Below, in pieces: positions 13,267 through 23,432 of a stretch of 64,000 nt of DNA (positions within the stretch are counted from its first letter, which is position 1; every line of letters starts with the position of its first letter). The stretch is from Burkholderiales bacterium (lineage in GTDB: Bacteria > Pseudomonadota > Gammaproteobacteria > Burkholderiales > SG8-41), in NCBI GenBank assembly GCA_035574195.1, contig DATLZE010000066.1, positions 19,066 through 83,065 on the forward strand, in the 5' to 3' direction. The translations under genes and the position numbers were made by a program. Below the pieces are notes generated by a model that saw nothing but the letters and a program-made list of their open reading frames with translations, had not been told where the DNA came from and did no database searches.

Positions 13267-13789
13267 AACGGTGCTGCGCATGGGCGACCCGCGCCTGCTC
13301 GAGCCTGCCCGGCCGGTCGAGCGCTTCGACACGCCCGAACTCCATGCCTTGATCGCGGACATGGACGACACTATGAGGGCGCTCGACGGCGCGGGGCTCG
13401 CCGCGCCGCAAATCGGGGTCGGGCTGCAAGTTGCGATTTTCGGGGTGGAAGCGAACCCGCGTTACCCGCACGCCGAGCCCGTGCCGTACACGGTGCTCAT
13501 CAATCCGGTGCTGACCGCTCTCGGCGAGGAAATGGAAGAGGGGTGGGAAGGCTGCCTCAGCATCCCCGGAATGAGGGGGCTGGTGCCGCGCTACAAGCGC
13601 CTGCGCTATCGGGGGCGCGACCAGTACGGGCGCGAATTCGAGCGCACGGCAAGCGGCTTCCACGCGCGCGTGGTCCAGCACGAGTGCGACCATCTCGCGG
13701 GAATCCTCTATCCGATGCGCATCCGCGACCTGCGCAATTTCGGGTTCACCGAAGTGCTGTTCCCCGGGCAGGACTTGCAGGACGAGTGA
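13256..13789 (+). CDS. def: Peptide deformylase
   Basis: 177 aa. Motifs [16 protein letters not shown] and QHECDHLAG. It overlaps mtnP by 11 nt. Confidence 0.93.
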   Translation: MAVRTVLRMGDPRLLEPARPVERFDTPELHALIADMDDTMRALDGAGLAAPQIGVGLQVAIFGVEANPRYPHAEPVPYTVLINPVLTALGEEMEEGWEGCLSIPGMRGLVPRYKRLRYRGRDQYGREFERTASGFHARVVQHECDHLAGILYPMRIRDLRNFGFTEVLFPGQDLQDE

Positions 13790-13845
13790 CGACCGGTGTC
13801 AGGGCTCCCAGCTCGAGCTCGGGGAACCGGTGAACCTCGGACTCG

Positions 13846-16443
13846 CTAGGTGGTGCGGAGCTGCTCGACGAGGTCGGCTTCCAGCCGCACCACGGCCTTC
13901 GGATCCCTGAGCGCCGCGCCCGTGACCAGAAAGACGTCCTCGGCGCGCGCGCCGAGCGTGTTGATTTTGGCGATGTGCAGGTTGATGTCGTAGGCGGTCA
14001 GCACGCGCGCGATGCGGTAGAGCAGCCCCGGGCGGTCGCCGGCGATCACCGAGAGCACCCAGTAGGTGCCTTTTTCGTCGGGCTGGAGGTTGACCTCGGG
14101 GGTGATCGGGAAATGCCGCAGCTGCCGGGAGAGCCGCGGCTTGCCGGGAGGCGGTAGCGGCGTTCTGTTCCTGAGCCGCGCGGCGAGATCGTGTTCGATC
14201 AGGCTGATGACGCTGCGATAGTCGGCGCGGCGGCCGTCGGGCTCGTGGACCTGGAAGCTGTCGAGCGCGTAGCCGTGGCGTGTGGTGTAGACCTTGGCCT
14301 CGAAGATGTCGTAGTGGATGTGCTCGAAGAAGCTGCAAATGCGCGCGAACAGTTCCTTCTGGTCCGGCACGTAGATCATCACCTGCAGTCCCTCCCCGGC
14401 CGGCGAGGGGCGCGCCTTGACCACTGGCTCCGGAGCCTCGACGCGGTAGTAGAGCAGCCGCGTGTGCCACGCGATTTCCTGCGGCTCGTGACGCAGGAAA
14501 TAGGCCTCGTCGAGCTGCGCCCAGAGCTTCTCGTGGGCGTTTTCCGGAACGGCGTAGAGCCGCAACCTCGCCTGCGCTTCCTCCTGGCGCGCTCGCAGGC
14601 TGCTCGCCGCCGTGACGCGGTCGCCGGCGAGCAGGCGCCGCGTGCTCCAGAACAGATCCTCCAGCAGCTTCCCCTTCCACGCGTTCCAGACCCGGGGGCT
14701 GGTGCCGCGGATGTCGGCGACCGTGAGCAGGTAGAGCGCGACTAGGTGACGCTCGTCGCCGACGCGCTGCGCGAACGCGCGCACCACTTCGGGATCGGCG
14801 ATATCCTGCTTTTGCGCGGTGAGCGACATCGCGAGGTGGTTCTCGACCAGCCACGCGACGAGCTCCGCGTCCTCGGGCAGGAGCCCATGCTCGCGGCAGA
14901 AGCGGCGCGCGTCGAGCGCTCCGAGCTGCGAGTGGTCTCCACCGCGGCCCTTGGCGATGTCGTGGAACAGCGCCGCGAGATAGAGTAGCTCGGGCCGGTC
15001 GAATTCGCTCATCAGCCGGCTGCACAGCGGGAACTCGTGCGCGAGCTCCGGTATCGAGAAGCGGCGCAGGTTGCGGATCACCCGCAGGATGTGCTCGTCC
15101 ACCGTGTAGACGTGGTAGAGGTCGTGCTGCATCTGGCCGACGATGCGGCCGAAGGCCGGCAGGTAGCGGCCGAGCACGCCATTCTCGTTCATCCGCCTCA
15201 AGGCTCGCTCGACGTAGGTGGGGCTGCGCAGCAAAGCGATGAAGCGCTCGCGGTTGCGCGGATCGCGCCGGAACGCCGGATTGATCAGACGCCGTGCGCG
15301 CCACAAGGCGCGCAGCGTCGTCGCCCCCATGCCTTTCAGCTCGTGATGCTGCTGCAGCAACGCGAAGCTCTCCAGGATCGCCGCCGGCTCGCGCTGGAAC
15401 AGCCGCTCGTCGCACGCCTCGAGCCGCTCGTCGCGCACGCCGAAGCGCGCGTTGATCGGGCGGTACGACTTGTCGCGCGGGGGAGCGATGCGCGCCTCCA
15501 GGTTCTGCAGCACGATGGCGGTGAGCTGCGACACCGCTTTGGCGGTCCGGTAGTAGCGCTGCATCAGACGCTCGCTCGCGAGCCGGTGCGGGCGGTCGCG
15601 CAGGCCGATTTCACGCGCGAGCGCCGTCTGGTAGTCGAACAGCAAGCGGTCTTCGCGCCGCCCTGCGTGGTAGTGCAGCCGGATGCGCAGCGCCTCCAGG
15701 AACTGCTCGTGGGCTGCGATCTCGCGCGCCTCGCCCGCAGCGAGCACACCGCGCCGCGCGAGCGCCCGCCAGCCGGCGCCGATGCCGGCTGCGCGCGCGA
15801 TCCAGAGCACCATGTGCAGGTCGCGCAGCCCGCCGGCGCTTTCCTTGATGTTGGGCTCCAGGTTGGTTTCCCCGTAGCGGGCGTGGCGCTGCTGCTGCTC
15901 GAGCAGCTTGGCCTGGAGGAACGCCTCGGGGTCGAGCGCTTCGTGCATGCGCCGCGCGAACCGCGCGAACAGCTCTCGCCGGCCGGCGAGCAGGCGCGCC
16001 TCGAGCAGCGTGGTCTGAACGGTGACGTCGGAGGCGGCGAGCGAGGCGCATTCCTCGATCGTGCGCACGCTGTGGCCGACCTCGAGCCCTATGTCCCACA
16101 AGGTCCCGATCAAGGTCTCGATCTTGCGGCCGAGCTGGGCGTCGGCCGGGGACGGGAGCAGAATCAGGATGTCCACGTCCGAGCAGGGAAAGAGCTCGCC
16201 CCGGCCGTAGCCGCCGACCGCGGCGAGCGCAACCTCGCGCGGCATGGCGTGCTCAGCCCACAGCTCCCGCAGCCTGCGATCGATTACCGCCGCGTGGCGC
16301 CGCAACAATTCTGCCGGCGACTGGCGGGCAGCGAAGGACTCGCGCAGCGCCGCGCGCTGGGCGGCGAGTTCCTGCTTCAAGCGGGCGACACGCGCACCGA
16401 GCGGAGCGGCAACAGAGATGGAGGAGACAGCGACCCCAGCCAT
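13846..16443 (-). CDS. glnD: Bifunctional [protein-PII] uridylyltransferase / uridylyl-removing enzyme
   Basis: ORF 13846..16848 trimmed to ATG 16441-16443 (MAGVAVSSISVAAPLG...), giving 865 aa. Nucleotidyltransferase GGYGRGELFPCSDVDI, HD domain LFHDIAKGRGGDHS, and two C-terminal ACT-like repeats. The start lies 8 nt after the map stop. Confidence 0.93.
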   Translation of the reverse strand: MAGVAVSSISVAAPLGARVARLKQELAAQRAALRESFAARQSPAELLRRHAAVIDRRLRELWAEHAMPREVALAAVGGYGRGELFPCSDVDILILLPSPADAQLGRKIETLIGTLWDIGLEVGHSVRTIEECASLAASDVTVQTTLLEARLLAGRRELFARFARRMHEALDPEAFLQAKLLEQQQRHARYGETNLEPNIKESAGGLRDLHMVLWIARAAGIGAGWRALARRGVLAAGEAREIAAHEQFLEALRIRLHYHAGRREDRLLFDYQTALAREIGLRDRPHRLASERLMQRYYRTAKAVSQLTAIVLQNLEARIAPPRDKSYRPINARFGVRDERLEACDERLFQREPAAILESFALLQQHHELKGMGATTLRALWRARRLINPAFRRDPRNRERFIALLRSPTYVERALRRMNENGVLGRYLPAFGRIVGQMQHDLYHVYTVDEHILRVIRNLRRFSIPELAHEFPLCSRLMSEFDRPELLYLAALFHDIAKGRGGDHSQLGALDARRFCREHGLLPEDAELVAWLVENHLAMSLTAQKQDIADPEVVRAFAQRVGDERHLVALYLLTVADIRGTSPRVWNAWKGKLLEDLFWSTRRLLAGDRVTAASSLRARQEEAQARLRLYAVPENAHEKLWAQLDEAYFLRHEPQEIAWHTRLLYYRVEAPEPVVKARPSPAGEGLQVMIYVPDQKELFARICSFFEHIHYDIFEAKVYTTRHGYALDSFQVHEPDGRRADYRSVISLIEHDLAARLRNRTPLPPPGKPRLSRQLRHFPITPEVNLQPDEKGTYWVLSVIAGDRPGLLYRIARVLTAYDINLHIAKINTLGARAEDVFLVTGAALRDPKAVVRLEADLVEQLRTT

Positions 16444-16451
16444 GTATCGGG

Positions 16452-17255
16452 TCAGGTATCGAGCGGCGGGCGCTGCGGGGCGCCTGCCGAGAGCGTGAGC
16501 ACCTCGTAGCCGGTCTCGGTCACGAGCACCGTGTGCTCCCATTGCGCCGACAGGCTGTGGTCCTTGGTCACCACCGTCCAGCCGTCGGCGAGCTGCCGCA
16601 CCTCGGGACGGCCTGCGTTGATCATGGGTTCGATGGTGAAGGTCATGCCGGGCTCGAGCCGCAGCCCCGTGCCGGGCCGGCCGTAGTGCAGGACTTGCGG
16701 TTCCTCGTGGAATTTCCGGCCGATGCCGTGCCCGCAGAACTCGCGCACCACGCTGTAGCCGTGCCGCTCGGCGTGGCTCTGGATCGCGTGCCCGATGTCG
16801 CCCAGGTGCGCGCCCGGGCGCACCGCCTCGATGCCGCGCCACAGGCATTCATGGGTCACTTCGCACAGGCGCCGCGCCTGGATGGAAGGCTCGCCTACGT
16901 AGAACATGCGGCTGGTGTCGCCGTGGTAGCCGTCCTTGATGACCGTGACGTCGATGTTGATGATGTCGCCCGCACGCAGCCTCTTCGCTCCAGGCACGCC
17001 GTGGCACACCACGTGGTTGACCGAGGTGCAGATCGACTTGGGGAAAGGCCGGTAGCCGGGCGGCGCGTAGTTGAGCGGAGCAGGGGTCGCCTGCTGCACT
17101 TCGCAGATATAGTCGTGGCACAGCCGGTCGAGCTCGTCGGTCGTGACCCCAGGACGCACGTGCGGCGCGATGAAATCGAGCACCTCGGCGGCGAGCCGGC
17201 CGGCGATTCGCATCTTCTCGACTTCCTGCGGAGATTTGAGGTTGGGAAAGGCCAT
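16452..17255 (-). CDS. map: Type I methionine aminopeptidase
   Basis: ORF 16452..17381 trimmed to MAFPNLKSPQEVEKMRIAGRLAAEVLDFI (267 aa), the usual MetAP N-terminus. Metal ligands lie in DIINIDVTV...DTSRMF...HGIG...FTIEP...EHTV. An in-frame upstream ATG at 17381 is also possible (see findings). Confidence 0.9.
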   Translation of the reverse strand: MAFPNLKSPQEVEKMRIAGRLAAEVLDFIAPHVRPGVTTDELDRLCHDYICEVQQATPAPLNYAPPGYRPFPKSICTSVNHVVCHGVPGAKRLRAGDIINIDVTVIKDGYHGDTSRMFYVGEPSIQARRLCEVTHECLWRGIEAVRPGAHLGDIGHAIQSHAERHGYSVVREFCGHGIGRKFHEEPQVLHYGRPGTGLRLEPGMTFTIEPMINAGRPEVRQLADGWTVVTKDHSLSAQWEHTVLVTETGYEVLTLSAGAPQRPPLDT

Positions 17256-17367
17256 GAGCCGGAGCCGGAGTGGCACGCATGGCTCCGGCGCGATTGCATC
17301 CGTCTGGTTTTCGAAAGACAGCGGATTGTAGTCCACATCGGCGCTCCAGGCATCGGCGCGGATGTTG

Positions 17368-17397
17368 TTGAGGCAGGCCATTTTATCGTGCTAAAAT
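17368..17397 (+). promoter_or_regulatory. Putative sigma70 promoter of rpsB-tsf (TTGAGG, 18-nt spacer, extended -10 TGcTAAAAT)
   Basis: -35 at 17368-17373, TG at 17389-17390, TAAAAT at 17392-17397. The complementary strand carries a second TAAAAT (plus coordinates 17380-17385) facing map. Confidence 0.45.
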
Positions 17398-17530
17398 AGC
17401 AAGTTAGCTTTTCGATCGGCGAGCTTCGCCGGTGGAGGAGCAAATTCGCACATCCGCCATCGTAAGGGTGGCCGCGCGGGCGGCCCTGCGGCGGATGGAG
17501 GCTTAACCCTTGCACAGGAGATCGAATCGC
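17398..17530 (+). promoter_or_regulatory. Structured rpsB 5' leader (candidate S2 autoregulatory leader)
   Basis: Nested stems: catccgcc (17451-17458) pairs with ggcggatg (17490-17497), enclosing ggccgc (17470-17475) paired with gcggcc (17480-17485). SD AGGAG at 17516-17520. Confidence 0.3.
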
Positions 17531-18265
17531 ATGTCCGTCACGATGCGCGAGATGCTCGAAGCCGGCGTCCACTTCGGGCACCAGACTCGCTACTGGAACC
17601 CGAAGATGGCGCCGTACATCTTCGGCCACCGCAACAAGATCCACATCATCAATCTCGAGAAGACGCTCGCCCTGTATCAAGAGGCGCTCAAATTCGTGCG
17701 CCAGCTCTCCGCCAATAAAGGCACCCTGTTGTTCGTCGGGACCAAGCGCCAGGCCCGCGAGATCATCCGCGAGGAGGCGATCCGCTGCGGCTCGCCCTAC
17801 GTGGACCATCGCTGGCTCGGCGGAATGCTCACCAATTACAAGACGGTCAAGCAGTCCATCAAGCGCTTGAAGGAAATGGAGGCGATGGTGCAGGATGGAA
17901 CGCTCGATCGGCTGCCCAAAAAGGAGGCCCTGCACTACCAGCGCGAGATCGCCAAGCTCGATCGCAGCCTCGGCGGCATCAAGGACATGAACGGGCTGCC
18001 CGACGCGATGTTCGTGGTGGACGTGGGCTATCACAAAGGAGCGGTCGCGGAAGCGATCAAGCTCGGCATCCCGGTGATCGGCGTGGTGGACACCAATCAC
18101 TCGCCCGACGGCGTGGCTTACGTGATCCCGGGCAACGACGACTCGAGCCGTGCGATCCGCCTCTACGCGCGCGGCATCGCCGACGCGGTGCTCGAGGGGC
18201 GGCTCGACAGCGTCAAGGAAATCGTGAGCGGAGACGAGGAGTTCGTCGAGGTCGAGGACGCTTGA
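17531..18265 (+). CDS. rpsB: 30S ribosomal protein S2
   Basis: [32 protein letters not shown]...; the ORF is trimmed to the ATG with an AGGAG SD. Confidence 0.97.
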   Translation: MSVTMREMLEAGVHFGHQTRYWNPKMAPYIFGHRNKIHIINLEKTLALYQEALKFVRQLSANKGTLLFVGTKRQAREIIREEAIRCGSPYVDHRWLGGMLTNYKTVKQSIKRLKEMEAMVQDGTLDRLPKKEALHYQREIAKLDRSLGGIKDMNGLPDAMFVVDVGYHKGAVAEAIKLGIPVIGVVDTNHSPDGVAYVIPGNDDSSRAIRLYARGIADAVLEGRLDSVKEIVSGDEEFVEVEDA

Positions 18266-18286
18266 GCGCGCGCATCGAGCGAGCAC

Positions 18287-18311
18287 GGGGGGCGCGAGGC
18301 CCCCTTTTTTT
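18287..18311 (+). terminator. Rho-independent terminator/attenuator between rpsB and tsf
   Basis: GGGGGC stem (18288-18293) pairs with GCCCCC (18299-18304), with a 5-nt loop followed by T7 (18305-18311). Confidence 0.8.
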
Positions 18312-18329
18312 AGCTGGAGAAGACGGAAA

Positions 18330-19214
18330 ATGGCAGAGATCACCGCAGGCATGGTCAAGGAGCTGCGCGAGCGTACCGATGCGCCGATGATGGAGTGCAA
18401 GAAGGCCCTGGCGGAGGCCGGCGGCGACCTGGAAAAGGCGGAAGGGATACTGCGCGTGAGGCTCGGCAACAGGGCGAGCAAGGCGGCTTCCCGCGTGACC
18501 GCCGAGGGCGCTGTGGCGGCATGGATCGCCCCCGACGGCGGCAGCGGCGCGCTGATCGAGGTCAACTGCGAAACCGATTTCGTGGCCAAGAACGGAGAGT
18601 TCCTGGCGTTCGCCGGGGCGCTGGCGGAGCTCGTTGCCCGGCAGGCGCCTGCCGACCTCGCCGCGCTCTCGCGCCTGGCCTACGGCGCAGCGACGGTAGA
18701 GGAGGCGCGCAAGGCGCTCGTCGGCCGTATCGGCGAGAACATCGCTATCCGCCGCTTCGCGCGCCTCGCCGCCCGCGGCCGGCTCGCCGCCTACATCCAC
18801 GGCGGCGCCCGGGTCGGCGTGCTGGTGGACGTCATCGGCGGGGACGAGGCGCTCGCCAAGGACCTCGCGATGCATATCGCCGCGGCCAAACCGCTGGCGA
18901 TCGCGGCGGAGGGGGTGCCGGCCGCGGCGATCGAGCGCGAGCGCGAGATCGCAGCGGCGAAAGCCGCGCAATCCGGCAAGCCTGCCGCCATCGCGCAGAA
19001 GATGGTGCAAGGCGCAGTGCAGAAGTTCCTGCAGGAGGTCACCCTGCTCGGCCAGCCGTTCGTGAAGAACGACAAGCAGAGCGTCGGCGAGCTGCTCGAG
19101 TCGCGGGGCGCGCAGGTCGCGGGATTCGCGCTCTACGTGGTGGGCGAGGGGATCGAGAAAAAGAAAGACGACTTCGTCGCGGAGGTCATGGCACAGGTCG
19201 GGCGCACGGCCTGA
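18330..19214 (+). CDS. tsf: Translation elongation factor Ts
   Basis: 294 aa. [37 protein letters not shown] (UBA-like N-terminus typical of EF-Ts). Confidence 0.97.
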   Translation: MAEITAGMVKELRERTDAPMMECKKALAEAGGDLEKAEGILRVRLGNRASKAASRVTAEGAVAAWIAPDGGSGALIEVNCETDFVAKNGEFLAFAGALAELVARQAPADLAALSRLAYGAATVEEARKALVGRIGENIAIRRFARLAARGRLAAYIHGGARVGVLVDVIGGDEALAKDLAMHIAAAKPLAIAAEGVPAAAIEREREIAAAKAAQSGKPAAIAQKMVQGAVQKFLQEVTLLGQPFVKNDKQSVGELLESRGAQVAGFALYVVGEGIEKKKDDFVAEVMAQVGRTA

Positions 19215-19243
19215 ACGCCGGCCACGCAACAGGACACGCTCCA

Positions 19244-19963
19244 ATGCCCCAGACGCCCGCCTACAAGCGCATCCTGCTCAAGCTGAGCGGCGAGGCATTG
19301 ATGGGCGATGACAGTTACGGCATCAACCGCGAGACCGTAGAGCGCATCGTGGGCGAGATCGCCGAGGTCGTGAATCTCGGCGTGGAGGTGGCGGTGGTGA
19401 TCGGCGGCGGCAACATCTTCCGCGGCATCGCGCCCGCCTCCGCTCACATGGATCGCGCCACCGCCGACTATATGGGCATGCTCGCCACCGTCATGAACGC
19501 GCTCGCGCTTCAAGATACGATGCGGCGCGTGGGGCTGGTGAGCCGGGTGCAATCCGCGCTCAACATCGAGCAAGTAGTCGAGCCTTACATTCGCGGCAAG
19601 GCGATGCGCTACCTGGAGGAAGGCAAGGTGGTGATCTTCGCCGCCGGCACCGGCAACCCCTTCTTCACCACCGACACTGCAGCGGCACTGCGCGGCATGG
19701 AGATGAACGTTGACCTCGTGCTCAAAGCCACCAAGGTGGACGGGGTCTACACCGACGATCCCAAGACTCACCCCGAGGCAATGCGCTACCAGCGCCTGAC
19801 CTTTGACGAGGCGATCATCAAGAACCTGCGGGTCATGGACGCGACGGCGCTGACGCTGTGCCGCGACCAGAAGCTGCCGATCAACGTGTTCAGCATCTTG
19901 AAGCCCTCGGCGCTGAAGCGCGTCGTGCTGGGCGAGGACGAGGGGACTTTCCTGCATAATTGA
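19244..19963 (+). CDS. pyrH: UMP kinase
   Basis: Real start [21 protein letters not shown] lies inside ORF 18395..19963, giving 239 aa. Confidence 0.96.
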   Translation: MPQTPAYKRILLKLSGEALMGDDSYGINRETVERIVGEIAEVVNLGVEVAVVIGGGNIFRGIAPASAHMDRATADYMGMLATVMNALALQDTMRRVGLVSRVQSALNIEQVVEPYIRGKAMRYLEEGKVVIFAAGTGNPFFTTDTAAALRGMEMNVDLVLKATKVDGVYTDDPKTHPEAMRYQRLTFDEAIIKNLRVMDATALTLCRDQKLPINVFSILKPSALKRVVLGEDEGTFLHN

Positions 19964-19995
19964 GGCGGAGAGACGAGCCGAGCGGAGGGCGAACC

Positions 19996-20553
19996 ATGAT
20001 TGCCGAGGTCAAGAAAACCGCCGAGCAAAAGATGAAGAAGACCGTGGAGACGCTCAAGAGCGATCTCGCCAAGATCCGAACCGGGCGCGCCCATACCGGG
20101 CTGCTCGATCACATCGTAGTGGATTATTATGGAGCGCCGACCCCGATCCCGCGGGTGGCGAACGTGACCCTGCTCGACGCGCGCACCATCGCGGTGACCC
20201 CGTGGGACAAGAAGATGGCCTCCGCGATCGAGAAGGCGATACGCGACTCCGACCTCGGGCTCAACCCGGCGACCACCGGCGACACGGTGCGGGTGCCGAT
20301 GCCGCCGCTCACCGAGGAGCGGCGCAAGGAATTGATCAAGGTGGTGCGCCAGGAGGGCGAGACTGCACGGGTGGCGGTGCGCAACGTGCGGCGCGACGCG
20401 ATCCATCACCTGAAGGAGCTGCTCAAACAGAAGAAAGTGGCCGAGGACGAGGAGCGCCGGGCGCAGGACGAGATCCAAAAGCTCACCGACCGCCACATCG
20501 CGGAGATCGACAAGCTGCTGCAGCAGAAAGAAGCCGACCTGATGGCGATATGA
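19996..20553 (+). CDS. frr: Ribosome recycling factor
   Basis: [32 protein letters not shown]..., 185 aa. Confidence 0.96.
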   Translation: MIAEVKKTAEQKMKKTVETLKSDLAKIRTGRAHTGLLDHIVVDYYGAPTPIPRVANVTLLDARTIAVTPWDKKMASAIEKAIRDSDLGLNPATTGDTVRVPMPPLTEERRKELIKVVRQEGETARVAVRNVRRDAIHHLKELLKQKKVAEDEERRAQDEIQKLTDRHIAEIDKLLQQKEADLMAI

Positions 20554-21350
20554 CGACCGAGTTCACGAGCTCGACCCTCGCAGTGCCCGAAGCGCGCCGC
20601 ATTCCGCGCCATGTGGCGATCATCATGGACGGCAACGGGCGCTGGGCCCGCCAGCGCTACCTGCCGCGCGCGGCCGGTCACCGGCGCGGGATCGAGGCGG
20701 TGCGCAACGTGGTGCGCGCCTGCGCCGAGCGCGGAATCGAGTATCTCACCCTGTTCGCGTTCTCGAGCGAGAACTGGCGGCGCCCCGCCGAGGAGGTCAC
20801 GCTGCTGATGCAGCTCTTCATGAGGGCGCTCGAGCAGGAGGTCGGGAAGCTCCACGAGAACGGGATCCGCTTCCGGGTGATCGGGGACCTCGCCCGCTTC
20901 GAGCCAAGGCTTGTGCGCTTGATCCGCGAAGCCGAAGCCCTCACCGCGGACAATCGGCGGCTCACGCTCACCATCGCAGCGAACTACGGCGGGCGCTGGG
21001 ACGTGCTGCAGGCAGTGAACCGCATGCTGCGCGAGCGGCCGGAGCTCGCCGGAGGATTCGGAGAGCACGATCTCGCGCCGTACCTCGCCTTGAGCTATGC
21101 GCCGGAGCCCGACCTCTTCATCCGCACCGGTGGCGAGCAGCGCATCAGCAACTTCGTGCTGTGGCAGCTCGCCTATACCGAGCTCTACTTCACGGACGTG
21201 CTGTGGCCGGACTTCGATGCGGCCGCGCTCGACCGCGCCATCGTCTCCTACCAGCAGCGCGAGCGACGCTTCGGGCGCACGAGCGAACAGCTGCCGGCCG
21301 ACGCCGGGCTCGCAACTTACCGCGCGCAATCGGCGAGCGACGCCGCCTGA
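20550..21350 (+). CDS. uppS: Ditrans,polycis-undecaprenyl-diphosphate synthase
   Basis: The start overlaps the frr stop (ATGA). Motifs [13 protein letters not shown] and [11 protein letters not shown]. Confidence 0.95.
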   Translation: MTTEFTSSTLAVPEARRIPRHVAIIMDGNGRWARQRYLPRAAGHRRGIEAVRNVVRACAERGIEYLTLFAFSSENWRRPAEEVTLLMQLFMRALEQEVGKLHENGIRFRVIGDLARFEPRLVRLIREAEALTADNRRLTLTIAANYGGRWDVLQAVNRMLRERPELAGGFGEHDLAPYLALSYAPEPDLFIRTGGEQRISNFVLWQLAYTELYFTDVLWPDFDAAALDRAIVSYQQRERRFGRTSEQLPADAGLATYRAQSASDAA

Positions 21351-21370
21351 GGGCCGCGCCCGCCGCCCCC

Positions 21371-22168
21371 ATGCTCGCTACGCGGCTCGCCACAGCGGTC
21401 GCGCTGCTCGCGGCTTTTGTCGCAGCGCTGTTCTGGTTGCCCAATCGCTGGTGGACTGCGGTCTTGCTCGTGCCGTTGTTCCTGGCGGGGTGGGAATGGG
21501 CGGCGCTCGCGGGATGGGGGAGGGCGGCGCGCTGGGCGTATTGCGGCGCCCTGAGCGCCAGCGCGCTCCTGTTGTGGCTCGCCGCTTCCCCGGCCGCGCC
21601 GCTGACAGCCGTCGAAACCGTGATCTACGGTGCCGGATGCGCGTTCTGGCTGCTGGTCGCGCCCGTGTGGATCGGGCGACTCTGGCGCATCCGCTCGGCT
21701 GCCGTCCTGGCCCCCACTGGCTTCGTCGTGCTGCTGCCGGCCTGGCTCGCGCTCGCGCGGCTGCAAGCCGAGCCCGGGCACTTGCTCGCCGTGCTCGCCG
21801 TCGTATGGCTGGCGGACAGCGCGGCTTATCTCGTCGGCAGCCGCTGGGGCCGGCACAGGCTCGCACCCGCCGTGAGCCCCGGCAAGAGCTGGGAGGGCGT
21901 GGCGGGCGCAGCGGCGGCAGCCGCGGTGTATTATGCTGTGCTGTCCGGTGTGGGCGCGCCTTGGACGGGATCGAGAGGAGCGGTGCTGGTCGCGGCCGTA
22001 GCGGTGGCGAGCGTGGTCGGGGACTTGTTCGAGTCATGGCTCAAGCGCCAAGCTGGCGTCAAGGACAGCGGCGCGCTGCTGCCCGGGCACGGGGGCGTGC
22101 TCGACCGCACCGACAGCCTGCTGTCGAGCCTGCCGTTCGCAGCTCTCATCCTGGCGTATCCGGACTGA
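21371..22168 (+). CDS. cdsA: Phosphatidate cytidylyltransferase
   Basis: [24 protein letters not shown]..., multi-TM. C-terminal signature [28 protein letters not shown]. Confidence 0.93.
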   Translation: MLATRLATAVALLAAFVAALFWLPNRWWTAVLLVPLFLAGWEWAALAGWGRAARWAYCGALSASALLLWLAASPAAPLTAVETVIYGAGCAFWLLVAPVWIGRLWRIRSAAVLAPTGFVVLLPAWLALARLQAEPGHLLAVLAVVWLADSAAYLVGSRWGRHRLAPAVSPGKSWEGVAGAAAAAAVYYAVLSGVGAPWTGSRGAVLVAAVAVASVVGDLFESWLKRQAGVKDSGALLPGHGGVLDRTDSLLSSLPFAALILAYPD

Positions 22169-22178
22169 ACGCCGTTCG

Positions 22179-23402
22179 ATGAAGGTCAGACAGCGCCTCG
22201 CCATACTCGGCTCCACGGGCAGCGTCGGGGTCAACACGCTCGACGTGGTGGCGCGCCACCGCGAGCGGTTCGAGGTCGTGGCGCTCGCCGCGCGCCGCCG
22301 CGCGGACGTGCTGTTCGAGCAGTGCATGAGGTTCCGGCCCAAGCTCGCCGTGATGCTCGAGCCCGGCGCGGCGCGCGAGTTGCGCGGCCGGTTGCGGGGG
22401 GCCGGTCTCGCCTGCGAGGTGCGAAGCGGGCTGGATGCGCTCGAGGAGGCAGCGGGCGCGCCCGGCGTGGACACGGTGGTGGCGGGGATCGTCGGTATCG
22501 CGGGCCTGCGCCCGACGCTCGCTGCCGTGCGCGCGGGCAAGAAGGTGCTGCTCGCCAACAAGGAATCGTTGGTGACGGCCGGACCGATCTTGATGGAGGC
22601 CGCGCGCGCGCGTGGCGCCCGGCTGCTGCCGATAGACAGCGAGCACAACGCGATTTTCCAGTCCTTGCCGCGCGACTACCCTGGCAGTCCCGAGGCGGCC
22701 GGCGTGCGCCGGATCATGCTCACCGCCTCTGGAGGGCCGTTTCGCCGCGTGCCGCTGCCCGAGCTCGATGCCGTCACGCCCGAGCAGGCGTGCGCGCATC
22801 CCAACTGGGTGATGGGACGCAAGATTTCGGTGGACTCCGCGACCATGATGAACAAGGGCCTCGAAGTGATCGAGGCGCACTGGCTGTTCAACGTGGAGGC
22901 GGACAGAATCGAAGTCGTGATCCACCCCGAGAGCGTGATCCACTCTCTGGTCGAGTACATCGACGGCTCAGTAATCGCCCAGCTCGCCAACCCCGACATG
23001 CGCACGCCGATCGCCCACGCGCTCGCGTTTCCCCAGCGCATCGCCGCAGGCGTCGAGTTCCTCGACCTCGCCCGGCTAGGGGCGCTGCACTTCGAGCGCC
23101 CCGACACACAGCGCTTCCCCTGCCTGCGCCTCGCCTACGAAGCGCTCGCCGCCGGAGGCACGACGCCAGCAGTGCTCAATGCCGCCAACGAGGCCGCCGT
23201 GGCGAGCTTTCTCTCGGGCACGCTCCGGTTCAGCCGGATTCCGGCGCTGATCGAGGCGGTGCTCGCGGCGGTACCCCGCGCGCCGGTGAACGGCCTCGAG
23301 GACGTGCTCGAGGCCGATCGCGCCGCACGCGAACGCGCGGCGCGCTGGCTGCGCAGCACGCCGGCCACGGCCGTTCAACCGCGCCGTGCAGCGCGCTCTT
23401 GA
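22179..23402 (+). CDS. dxr: 1-deoxy-D-xylulose 5-phosphate reductoisomerase
   Basis: 407 aa. [16 protein letters not shown] fold, LANKESLV, and DSEHNAIFQ. Confidence 0.96.
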   Translation: MKVRQRLAILGSTGSVGVNTLDVVARHRERFEVVALAARRRADVLFEQCMRFRPKLAVMLEPGAARELRGRLRGAGLACEVRSGLDALEEAAGAPGVDTVVAGIVGIAGLRPTLAAVRAGKKVLLANKESLVTAGPILMEAARARGARLLPIDSEHNAIFQSLPRDYPGSPEAAGVRRIMLTASGGPFRRVPLPELDAVTPEQACAHPNWVMGRKISVDSATMMNKGLEVIEAHWLFNVEADRIEVVIHPESVIHSLVEYIDGSVIAQLANPDMRTPIAHALAFPQRIAAGVEFLDLARLGALHFERPDTQRFPCLRLAYEALAAGGTTPAVLNAANEAAVASFLSGTLRFSRIPALIEAVLAAVPRAPVNGLEDVLEADRAARERAARWLRSTPATAVQPRRAARS

Positions 23403-23432
23403 TTCCATCACGCTCAGGAGGCGTTCACTCGC

